A DNA stretch of 64,000 bases from contig CBDAOB010000002.1 in NCBI GenBank assembly GCA_965197905.1, forward strand, positions 320,001-384,000, given 5' to 3'. Position 1 is the first letter of the stretch. Each line of letters begins with the position of its first letter. Made by a program: the position numbers and the translations under genes. This document shows, in pieces, positions 55,702-64,000 of the stretch. The notes beneath the pieces were generated by a model. That model was not told where the DNA came from. It ran no database searches and saw nothing but the letters and a program-made list of their open reading frames with translations. The stretch is from Candidatus Latescibacterota bacterium (GTDB lineage: Bacteria; Latescibacterota; UBA2968; UBA8231).

Positions 55702-56289
55702 TTAGCTGGCGTACTCGTGATCAACCGGCATGGGACGCAAATCCCCGTCGAAAAAGCGTCCAACAATGTGTCTGTCTGAATCAAAGGCCATGGCGGGCAG
55801 ATCTTCCACCGAGGATACCCATTGCAGTTCTTCAAGGTCATCCCCGGGCGCTTGGTCACCTCCAATGACCCGACCTTGTAGCACGATTACCAGGGTCTGA
55901 AGATCAAAGGCAAGAAAATTGGAGACGACGTTGATTATCGCTTCGACTTCGACAACAAGCCCGGTCTCTTCATACACCTCGCGCCGCGCGGCCGAGAGGA
56001 AATCCTCACCAAACTCGATGAATCCGCCTGGCAGACACCACTTGCCGGGTTCGAAGCTGTCCTTGCCTCGTTTGCCGACGAGGACATGCCCGTTTCTATG
56101 TACAATCGTCACAGCACCGGGCAACGGGTTCTTGTACTCCACGGCTCCGCACGAACCACAGATTCTGGAATTTGACGGAACGTCGGAGTCGAATAGAGTA
56201 CCACACCTCGAACAGAACGATTTCGGTTCGTGAGTATACTTCGTAACGTCTTTGACTTTGAATACCTGTCGTGTCGGCAAGTCGATCAA
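55702..56289 (-). CDS. NUDIX hydrolase with Zn ribbon
   Basis: FCSRCG..CGSCG..YKNP and WCLPGGFIEFGEDFLSAARREVYEETGL; TTG start overlaps the upstream stop. Confidence 0.9.
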   Translation of the reverse strand: MIDLPTRQVFKVKDVTKYTHEPKSFCSRCGTLFDSDVPSNSRICGSCGAVEYKNPLPGAVTIVHRNGHVLVGKRGKDSFEPGKWCLPGGFIEFGEDFLSAARREVYEETGLVVEVEAIINVVSNFLAFDLQTLVIVLQGRVIGGDQAPGDDLEELQWVSSVEDLPAMAFDSDRHIVGRFFDGDLRPMPVDHEYAS

Positions 56290-57053
56290 ACCTTCCGCAA
56301 GTACCAGATGTATCCGCCGAATTTCAGCGTCTTTTCTTGTTCTTGGAAAAATGGCGCCAAAGATGTCCTCAATGCGGATCGCATGCAACTCTCCTTTTTA
56401 CCCGAGGCCAGGGCAACTGCGACATTCGACTGGGTCAACAGATAGTCCACATACCCTGCCATGGTGAACCTCACGTCATTGGTATAATCATCGGAGCTCG
56501 TGAATTCGAAGCCGTACCCAAGCGCCTCTTCGGGAGAGATCGGAGACTCGTCTCTTGGCGGCTTCGGATACTCCTTGTGGAATGACTCCTCGTGCCACTG
56601 CGCCAATCCTACATCATCGTTCATGATTCCTTGGTGCGTGTTGTCGTAGACCACCACAAAACAGCCCGCTTTCAAGTTGCTCCTTGCCTCTTTGAAAAAA
56701 CTGGGGCGATGAATCCAGTTTATGGCTCCGGACAAGGTGATTAGCTCGAATTCACAGTTGAAAGGTAGACTCTCGGCGGCGCAGCTACAGTAGGTCACTC
56801 CGTCGTATTCAATCGCAGACCGTATCATCGAGCTGGAGGAATCCACGCCGACAACCCTCTTGGCAATCTTGGTTAGCGCCATGGTCGAAAGCCCCGCTCC
56901 ACATCCTACGTCCAAGGCTTTTCCAAGTTTGTCTTCGATTGAAAGTGTCGACATCACCCGCTCGATTACATGGGGATGAAAAAACGGCCTGTTTCGGGCG
57001 TAGCCGTTGGCTATTGCGTGCGTGTTGAAGTAGGACATCCCTACTGGAGGCAT
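56286..57053 (-). CDS. class I SAM-dependent methyltransferase
   Basis: ALDVGCGAGLST, VGVDSS and AESLPF. The start may be 57038. Confidence 0.9.
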   Translation of the reverse strand: MPPVGMSYFNTHAIANGYARNRPFFHPHVIERVMSTLSIEDKLGKALDVGCGAGLSTMALTKIAKRVVGVDSSSSMIRSAIEYDGVTYCSCAAESLPFNCEFELITLSGAINWIHRPSFFKEARSNLKAGCFVVVYDNTHQGIMNDDVGLAQWHEESFHKEYPKPPRDESPISPEEALGYGFEFTSSDDYTNDVRFTMAGYVDYLLTQSNVAVALASGKKESCMRSALRTSLAPFFQEQEKTLKFGGYIWYLRKV

Positions 57054-57089
57054 CTCCTCAAGCGCAACCGATCAGAGGGTGACTCTCGA

Positions 57090-57524
57090 TCAGTCGTGCT
57101 TCAACGGTTTCTGGAAGAATATTCGGCTGTGATCGGGCGGCAGGTTTGCGATCTCTCCCCAGGCCAGGTAGCCGTTCTTTCGATAGAAGTCCGGCGCTTG
57201 GAAACTCAGTGAGTCCACAAAGGCTCCCATGCATCCACGGTCAACTGCTTCCTTTTCCGCCATGGCCAGCAACCTCGTGCCAATCTGCTGATGGCGGTCG
57301 CTTTCGTTGACCCACAGTATGCTGATATGTAGCCATCGCCAGAACGTCTCTCCCAACAGACCACCGCGAATCGCGCCGCTGTCGTCGCGGGCGAAAATCG
57401 CAAGCGGCCTGAGATTGTCGGGGCCGGCGAATGGGCCGTTGTAGTTGTTCAATCCATCGCGAACGATCTGGCAATCCTCCTCTCGAGGGTCTGCTTCGAT
57501 CGCGAACTCGATAGCCTCTGCCAT
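57090..57524 (-). CDS. GNAT family N-acetyltransferase
   Basis: WLHISILWV..RHQQIGTRLL and SFQAPDFYRKNGY. Confidence 0.9.
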   Translation of the reverse strand: MAEAIEFAIEADPREEDCQIVRDGLNNYNGPFAGPDNLRPLAIFARDDSGAIRGGLLGETFWRWLHISILWVNESDRHQQIGTRLLAMAEKEAVDRGCMGAFVDSLSFQAPDFYRKNGYLAWGEIANLPPDHSRIFFQKPLKHD

Positions 57525-57541
57525 TGCGAGCGTAACCTGCG

Positions 57542-57910
57542 TTACAGCTTCTTGGACCAGCCGTAGGTCCAGTCTGACACTTTAAACCCGAAATTGCTGT
57601 AGAATACGAAGGCTCGGTGGTTGTCCCACGCCGTACTGATACCCATGCGCCGATATCCCAGAGCATAGGAATCATTCAATGTCTGCTGAAGAAGGAATTT
57701 TCCAACTCCCTTGCCCTGCCAGGGCTCCTCGACGCCCAGCCAGTCCACAAACCCTCGATCTTCGACCTCCTCGCTCCTCTGGGTCTCCGCGCTGGAAATT
57801 ATGCAGCACTGACCGACTTCCTTGCCGTCGATCCATGCTAAGTTCTTCAGCCCGGGCAACACGCCCTGACCTGGCGCCTCTTCGGATCTCACTTCAAGAT
57901 ACTGGACCAT
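57542..57910 (-). pseudogene. GNAT acetyltransferase, probably a C-terminal fragment
   Basis: WLGVEEPWQGKGVGKFLL and NHRAFVFYSNFGF; begins inside the truncated nitrilase. Confidence 0.6.
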
Positions 57911-58266
57911 GGGAGCAGGATCTTGGGATACACCTTCCGGTAACGCCCCATCACCGTGCCACGATGGAAGATGACCGCCGTGTTATACAGCGCTCCTGAT
58001 TCTGACGACTCGGTAATTCCTACAATGGTACTAACGGTATCACTTGTCAGTGGCGTCAGAACCTTCTCTATTGCGCCGTTCTCGACGCCGAACGCAAGCT
58101 CGAAGGGCTCCCTGGCGTAATCCGCCAACCCGCCGAGGACTGTTTCCGGACAGCACAGAATCTCGACTCGTTCTGCTTCACAAACAGCTACCTGCTCTCG
58201 CAGTCGATCGATCACCTCCATCGAGCCACCTTCGAGCAACGGAGCCTGGTAGGCAGCAACCCTCAT
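57889..58266 (-). pseudogene. carbon-nitrogen hydrolase (nitrilase family), N-terminal half only
   Basis: MRVAAYQ, CCPE, LYNTAVI and GRYRK; stops before the catalytic Cys motif. Confidence 0.8.
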
Positions 58267-58402
58267 CTACTTCGACTTCTCGTAGGAAAGGACCCTGCTT
58301 GAATTTCCACCTTGCCTGTTAGGTAATGGAGGCGAGGCTTCTGGTTCGGTGTGTGTGAGAATTCCAATTTCATTCCATCTGGGTCCTCGAAGTAAACCGC
58401 CT
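58263..58402 (-). pseudogene. VOC/glyoxalase C-terminal fragment
   Basis: AVYFEDPDGMKLEF with no N-terminus; its stop overlaps the nitrilase ATG. Confidence 0.65.
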
Positions 58403-58610
58403 CTACGTATCTCGCCTCATAAGGCTGTAGCTCTGAGCCGTCGGACGAACAAGAGGTTGAGTCGCCAGGAAAAGAGCCAGGGGAACGACTTCTTCCAGAG
58501 ACTTGACCCACTCGCTGTCTATGGCGAAGGCGGAGGTATCTCCCTCCTCCCTGTCCGCCATCGTCGTTCTCACCGGTCCCGGGATAAGCTCTTTCTGCAA
58601 TGCCTGTCAT
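58403..58610 (-). pseudogene. SDR oxidoreductase C-terminal fragment
   Basis: ELIPGPVRTTM..EWVKSLEEVVPLALFLATQP..PTAQSYSLMRR; Rossmann and YxxxK regions absent. Confidence 0.65.
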
Positions 58611-58771
58611 AGTATATGCGTCAAAGCTCGAGCTCTAGTCACCGGCGGGATTGTGAACAGCTGCTTGGTTGACCTGTAGCCGGAAGTGTTCTAGCGCGGT
58701 TTGTAGGCGCTTCCGGTTACACACCAAGAGTCACCGATAGAGGGGGAACTCAGCGCGATCGGTCGAGCTTC

Positions 58772-59477
58772 TTAGAGCTTGAGCTCAGAAATGCTCCGTA
58801 TGGTGCTGTCCGGGTTCACTGGTGAGTCTCTCGGAAGGCCTTCGTCGGCGAAGTCGACCCATATGGCGGTCAACCCAAGGCGCTTCAACATCCCATTCCA
58901 GATTGTCTCCGACCATCCAGGCATCTTCGGGCCCGACTCCCAGCCGTGCGAGCACCTCCAAATACACCCGCTCATCCGGTTTGCCAAGCCCAAACTCACC
59001 CTCAATGAGGATGACTTCGAAATATTGAGCGAGGTTGAATCGCTCGATTTTCGCTCTCTGGGTGTCGATCGAGCCGTTGGTGACGAGGGCCAAGTGGATC
59101 CCCTTGTCCGCGAGCCTGACGAGTGTCTCTATCGCCCCCGGAAACAGTCTGATACTCTCTTCTCTCAATTGGTCGTAGGAATCTGCCATTTCCATTGACA
59201 GACTCTCCTCGGAACAGTCGAGAGTGGCCAGCGCACTTGCGGTGATCCTTCTGCGCGCGGCAACCAGATTCATTCTGCCTTCTCGGTGGCGCTCGGGATC
59301 GGCCCAGAAGCTGGAGCGGCTGTTGTTCAGTGCTTCCAGCAATGCGGCCGGCGTGGCCCCTGACAGCTTATCCGCGAATTGGTAGGCAATCGTCCTCCAG
59401 GTTGGCTCCGCTCCTTCCGTGAAAGCAATGATTGTATCGTCGAGATCGAAGAGAATAGCTTTGGGCAGCTTCGTCAC
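58772..59477 (-). pseudogene. HAD family hydrolase with a frameshift near its C-terminus
   Basis: LFDLDDTI, LVTNG, GKPD and MVGDNLEWDV; the expected tail RLGLTAIWVD..PDSTIRSISEL lies in another frame (shift near 58880). Confidence 0.82.
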
Positions 59478-59525
59478 GTCGTTCTTTCGTTCACGCAGCG
59501 TATGATGCTCGGTCTCGGCGTGAAC

Positions 59526-60575
59526 CTAATTCACCTTGAAACGGATACTCTCGTTCGTTTCGACCCTCGACTTCCCACTCTCACCGAAGTCCAAGACTCC
59601 TCCCTCACCGATTCGATCGCCCGACATATTGGCGGGCACATTCTCAAAAATCACGTCCTCCCCGGCGTCTAACATCAACTTTCCGACGAACCCGCTGCCG
59701 ATCGACAAGGAGACATTCCCGTTCCGCGTCCGGGCCTTTACCGGACTAGGTGATTCGTCGCTCAGGTCAATCGAAATACGGCTGTTTGAAGTCTCGGCAT
59801 TTACAGATTGATGTGCGCCTGAAATTTCAATATCGTCATTTGTTGTTCGCGCTTTGACGCCCCCAGTGACATCGGAGATCATGATCCTGTCGTTGGAGGT
59901 TTGGGCGCTAACAGCTCCGTGATGATTCCTGATCTCTATGCGATCGTTGGTCGTATTGAGCTCAATCTCGCCCTTCGATCTAATCACCGAAATCGGACCA
60001 TTGGATGTTCGCGCAGAGATGTTTCCCACGTTGTCTGAAATCGTGATTCGATCGTTGCTTGTATTGAGGTTGAGATCACCGGTAACGTGGTCCACGACGA
60101 CCTTGTCGTTGGATGTCTTTGCTATAACTGGACCGTCGTGGTTCCGGATCTTGATGGGTCCATTTGTTGACTTCAATTCGGCGCGTCCAGAAAGCCCGAC
60201 AACCTCAATGGCATCATTTTGTGTGCGTGCATGAATTCCAGACACGGCAGGAACCTCGATCTCGAATCCTACACCCTCCTCGCCCGTCCTATCGGGCCAC
60301 ACGGCGTTAACTGTGAGTGAGTTGTCGTCATCGTATTTTACTTCGACATGGGGCAATTCCAGACGCGCGTTTGTGTTCGCCGTTATCTTGGCAGTTACGC
60401 GAACGTTCTCGCCGTCTTTCTGTTTCACCGATATCTCCGCATTCCATGCCTGGACCTTGAGCGATGTTCCCCCTACGAACGGTGCTGTCACAATCTCATC
60501 TTTGGAGGCTTTGGCATGAAGCAGTGAGCCTCCAACGAAAAGGTATATGGCAATTGTAACGATGGTGTTCGTCAT
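59526..60575 (-). CDS. DUF4097 family beta-strand repeat (adhesin-like) protein
   Basis: Signal-like N-terminus; repeated AxTSNDxIxI / TxNGPIxI units. Confidence 0.85.
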   Translation of the reverse strand: MTNTIVTIAIYLFVGGSLLHAKASKDEIVTAPFVGGTSLKVQAWNAEISVKQKDGENVRVTAKITANTNARLELPHVEVKYDDDNSLTVNAVWPDRTGEEGVGFEIEVPAVSGIHARTQNDAIEVVGLSGRAELKSTNGPIKIRNHDGPVIAKTSNDKVVVDHVTGDLNLNTSNDRITISDNVGNISARTSNGPISVIRSKGEIELNTTNDRIEIRNHHGAVSAQTSNDRIMISDVTGGVKARTTNDDIEISGAHQSVNAETSNSRISIDLSDESPSPVKARTRNGNVSLSIGSGFVGKLMLDAGEDVIFENVPANMSGDRIGEGGVLDFGESGKSRVETNESIRFKVN

Positions 60576-60837
60576 TTCCGACCTCCATTCAGAAAACAGC
60601 TGCGACAGATGAACATTGTCAACGAGTTTCCTGTGGATTCGCCTGCCCTTCAACGACATCCGCCGCGTCCACGATGCGAGTCATCTCGAGATCTCTCTAA
60701 CCTTGGTGCAGGATATGTGGGATATCTTTGTGCGGCTGTGCACTCTAGCCGCATGCTCCGCCCGCAAACAGACCCGAGATTGCCTCGAGCGACTTCGTCA
60801 TTGGTGAAGATCTGTTCCGACATCAGTGGAGCAACGA

Positions 60838-61170
60838 CTAGCCCGGTGGCTCCGAGCCGGTGCTGAATGGATGCCGCGACGCCCACGCTTCGAAGCCGCC
60901 GTCCATGCTATAGACCTCGGCGAAGCCGTGGTCGACCAGGTATTGGGCCGCCATCTGACTGCTGTTTCCGTGGTAGCAATAGACCACCACGGGATGCTCC
61001 TTCTCGCTTGACGTCAGAAACGACTCCGCGCTTTCGTCCGTCAGGTGAACGGAGCGTTCGATATAGACGGCTTCGCGCGATTCCTGGTCGCGGATATCCA
61101 GGAAGACTGCGGTCCCGGCATCGAGGTGACCCTTCGCTTGGTCGATATCGATATGTTGGAACTGGCTCAA
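60838..61170 (-). CDS. glpE: thiosulfate sulfurtransferase (single-domain rhodanese)
   Basis: FLDIRD, VYCYHGNSSQMAAQYL and VYSMDGGFEAW; TTG start with SD GGAGG. Confidence 0.88.
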   Translation of the reverse strand: MSQFQHIDIDQAKGHLDAGTAVFLDIRDQESREAVYIERSVHLTDESAESFLTSSEKEHPVVVYCYHGNSSQMAAQYLVDHGFAEVYSMDGGFEAWASRHPFSTGSEPPG

Positions 61171-61192
61171 AGGTTCCTCCTTGTGAAGACTC

Positions 61193-64000
61193 TCATAACA
61201 CCTTCACGATGTCGAGAAAGTCTGACCGCAGCTGGTTGGCAGCCTCGAGCTTGTCCGGCGCCCCGACGACCACGACTCGGCCGTCGCGGTTGAGTTGCTC
61301 CAGAATCTTTGCGAATTCGCGGAAAGCTGACACTTCCGTGCCCAGAACCTGATCGCGCATCATCTGCCGATACTCTTCCGTGACGCCGGTAAGGTGGCGC
61401 AACATGGAGGTGTACCCTTTGGCATCGGGAAGTTGATAGCCATCCATGTCCCCGATGGTGCCGATGATCGCCTTGTGAAGCTCGTCTTCGTTTATCTCGG
61501 TCTCCGCCAGAAACCGACTGGTTTGGTCGTACACCTCCACCGTTTCCAGCAGATTCGGATCGCGGTAGGAGGCGTAGGACAAGACGCCCGAGAAGTGATC
61601 GAAGGAGCAAAAAACCCCGTACGCACCGCCCTGCACGCGCACCCGATCCCAAAGCCACGAAGTCCCCATGAATCGGGTGATTACCGCGACCGAGCCATCC
61701 AGCTGGTAGCCCAGGTCGTAGATATTGGCCGCTTTGGCCACGTAGTTCACCTGACTTGGCACCGCCAGTCCTTCGTTGCGAGCGATGAACTCGGGCGACC
61801 AGGGAGTTGGACGGGTGTCTATTTCTGGGAGTTGTGCAGCGAATCGTGCGAGCTCCTTTTCCACGACGGCACGATCGTCACCGTGATATGTGCTGTTACA
61901 GATCATGGAACGACGGTTGACCAAACGGTTGCGGATATCCTCCAACCGTGCCTGCACCTGGTCCCAATGGTTCTCACAGTCTTCTGCCAGCTGTCGCAGA
62001 AAGAACAGATACTCGACCCCTTTCATTTGTTCGCTGGCCCAGCTGGCCTCGTCGTACTGGGCTCGAAGGCGCAGGTTAGCCACCCGGTGACCTCCCGGGA
62101 CCAGACCTGCCTCCTCGCCGGCTTTCTCTTCCAGCACCATCTGCATGAGGCGCTCTCGATTGTCGAGCCGGGCCGTCGCCAACACCTCCTGCATAATCTC
62201 CAGGAGCTCCGCGACCTGGTTGGTCATGCCTTTTCCCCGCAAGAAAAACCACGCTGCCGCTTCGCCTCCCTCCCGTTTCGAAGTGATCAATGAGTGGGAG
62301 CCGATACCGCCGGTTTTCATACCGATCCGTTGCCCCAGCGCGACGAAATCCTCGCGGTCGGTACCCGTTTCTACGAGCGCGCGGCCGAACAGAGGCACGT
62401 AAGGCAGTAGCTCTGAGGGCAATACGTGCAGATCGAAACCCATATCCAAGTAGACGATACCATTGGTGAACAGATCGTGATACAGGGTCATCAATCCGTT
62501 TTCGTTGCCCACTTCCAACGGGATCTTGCGAGTAGCACGATCAAGATCATCCAGCTGCAGACGGGGGAGTTTGGCCAGGTCCTCCGGCGCGTCCGGGGCT
62601 TCCTGCATGCGACGCAGTTCGAGGGTGTTCGCCACGTGTGACTGGAGCTCCTCGCTGTCCATGCCGGCACGCGCTCGTGCCAGACGTTCGGTCTCTTCAG
62701 CCTCTTCTGCGGCAACCAGATCTTCGTCCGGTTCTAGCACGATGGTCGTGCGGTGATGGTTGGAAAGCAATTGGGTGCGGATCAAACCTTCGAAAAATCC
62801 GGTTCCGGGTGCGGACTTTGCTTTGATCGTTCCCAGTGGGGCTTCGAATTTAAGCGGCTCGAGAGGATCGCGGTCGTGGAGCCAGGTGCTGAGTGCACGC
62901 AGCATCAACGCCAACCCGCGGGGATAGGAGCCGGTGTTGTTTTCGCGCAAGCGAAACTCGGTGGTGTTCAGAGCAGCAGCGATCGCATCTGGATCGAGGC
63001 CCTCGTCGGCAAGGGACTCCAGCGAGTTGAGGATCAGGTCCTCGACCTCGTCTACCCGATCTGGTTCCACGCCGCGGAGACCGACGGAGAAATAGAGCTG
63101 CATCAGCTCCGATTCCATTCCCACACCCGCCAGGTCCTCTCCCAATCCGGACTCGATCAGGGCCTTTCGCAACGGTGACGCCGGGGTGCCCAGCAGAATG
63201 TGCTCCAGGATGTGTAGTGCCATGATCGTCTCGGCATCGAGATCGTCGTGCAACAGCCAGCTGACTGTGGTCATGCTCCTGTTGTTCTCACCGTCAGCAC
63301 TTACTGGATACGGCTGAACGACTCTGCGCGGCTCGTCAAAGCGGCGTTGACTCGTCACTTGCGAGGTTATCTCCCGCGATTGGAAGTCGGCCAGGTACTC
63401 CTCCAGAAGTTCCAGGCGTCGCTCGGGATCGTCGTCGCCGTAGAGGTAGATGCGGCTGTTGGCCGGGTGATACAGGTCGCGGTGGAAGGTTTCGAACTGC
63501 TCCCAGGTGAGATCGGGAATGTGACGCGGGTGCCCCCCTGATTCCACCCCGTAGGTGGTGTCTGGAAAGATGGAGTGCTGCGCATACTCCGCCAGCCGGC
63601 GTTCCGGGTCGGAATAGGCTCCCTTCATTTCATTATATACAACTCCCTTGAAGGTCAGCGGCTTTTCCGTGTCGTCGAGCTCGTAATGCCAGCCCTCCTG
63701 TTGCAGAATCTCTGGCGTCAATCTCGGATAGAAGACTGCGTCCAAGTAGACGTCGACGAGGTTGTAGAAGTCCTGAAGATTCTGGCTCGCCACCGGGTAA
63801 CAGGTCTTGTCAGGATAGGTGAAGGCGTTGAGAAAGGTGTTGAGGGACCCCTTCAGCAGCTCGACGAACGGTTCTTTTACCGGGTACTTGCGAGAGCCAC
63901 ACAGTACCGAATGTTCAAGGATGTGGGCGATCCCGGTCGAGTCGGAGGGCGGCGTGCGGAAGTTGATGCCGAACACTTTGTTCTCGTCGTCGTTGACCAG
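61193..64000 (-). CDS. M16C insulinase-family metallopeptidase (presequence protease-like); 5' end outside the window
   Basis: HILEHSVLCGSRKYPVKEPF, FLNAFTYPDKTCYP, GVVYNEMKG, RVQGGAYG and SYRDP. Confidence 0.95.
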   Translation of the reverse strand: MVNDDENKVFGINFRTPPSDSTGIAHILEHSVLCGSRKYPVKEPFVELLKGSLNTFLNAFTYPDKTCYPVASQNLQDFYNLVDVYLDAVFYPRLTPEILQQEGWHYELDDTEKPLTFKGVVYNEMKGAYSDPERRLAEYAQHSIFPDTTYGVESGGHPRHIPDLTWEQFETFHRDLYHPANSRIYLYGDDDPERRLELLEEYLADFQSREITSQVTSQRRFDEPRRVVQPYPVSADGENNRSMTTVSWLLHDDLDAETIMALHILEHILLGTPASPLRKALIESGLGEDLAGVGMESELMQLYFSVGLRGVEPDRVDEVEDLILNSLESLADEGLDPDAIAAALNTTEFRLRENNTGSYPRGLALMLRALSTWLHDRDPLEPLKFEAPLGTIKAKSAPGTGFFEGLIRTQLLSNHHRTTIVLEPDEDLVAAEEAEETERLARARAGMDSEELQSHVANTLELRRMQEAPDAPEDLAKLPRLQLDDLDRATRKIPLEVGNENGLMTLYHDLFTNGIVYLDMGFDLHVLPSELLPYVPLFGRALVETGTDREDFVALGQRIGMKTGGIGSHSLITSKREGGEAAAWFFLRGKGMTNQVAELLEIMQEVLATARLDNRERLMQMVLEEKAGEEAGLVPGGHRVANLRLRAQYDEASWASEQMKGVEYLFFLRQLAEDCENHWDQVQARLEDIRNRLVNRRSMICNSTYHGDDRAVVEKELARFAAQLPEIDTRPTPWSPEFIARNEGLAVPSQVNYVAKAANIYDLGYQLDGSVAVITRFMGTSWLWDRVRVQGGAYGVFCSFDHFSGVLSYASYRDPNLLETVEVYDQTSRFLAETEINEDELHKAIIGTIGDMDGYQLPDAKGYTSMLRHLTGVTEEYRQMMRDQVLGTEVSAFREFAKILEQLNRDGRVVVVGAPDKLEAANQLRSDFLDIVKVL

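Noticed and set aside
53781..57545. attC-like cores (GTTAGGC near 53795, GTTAGGA near 55690, GTAAC-GCAG-GTTAC near 57535, all minus strand)
   Set aside because: The intergenic gaps are too short for an attC hairpin, and such short matches arise by chance.

Overview
GC-rich bacterial chromosomal segment, densely coding. I recognised no rRNA, tRNA or CRISPR array. The gene mix suggests a Latescibacterota/FCB-like or Poribacteria-like heterotroph (inference): sulfatase, three PhyH dioxygenases, three paralogous GH32/GH130-like beta-propeller proteins, an FG-GAP/ASPIC protein and a secreted protein with a PNPFNP-type C-terminal domain. From left to right: (i) a sigma-54-driven small membrane peptide plus DUF5916 gene, a MOSC protein, a hydrolase and an EF-hand protein preceded by two CRP-type boxes; (ii) a full-length Lhr helicase whose leader region is duplicated 2.2 kb upstream, and a tandem MBL hydrolase; (iii) a long catabolic region (14-32 kb); (iv) a repeat-built receptor-L/LRR surface protein and two membrane-fused spermidine synthase-like genes, one broken; (v) a 2.2-kb IS1595-family element (42986-45180) with 23-bp perfect terminal inverted repeats and a near-perfect 8-bp target duplication, inserted against a consensus promoter, whose cargo includes a small protein plus retropepsin-like aspartyl protease module, with the protease broken by a 22-bp tandem duplication; (vi) an orphan RND permease and a long co-oriented run of small enzymes containing a patch of collapsed gene fragments, ending in GlpE and an M16C peptidase. 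The IS-borne two-gene protease module, with a palindrome over its promoter, is the best candidate for an uncharacterised system.
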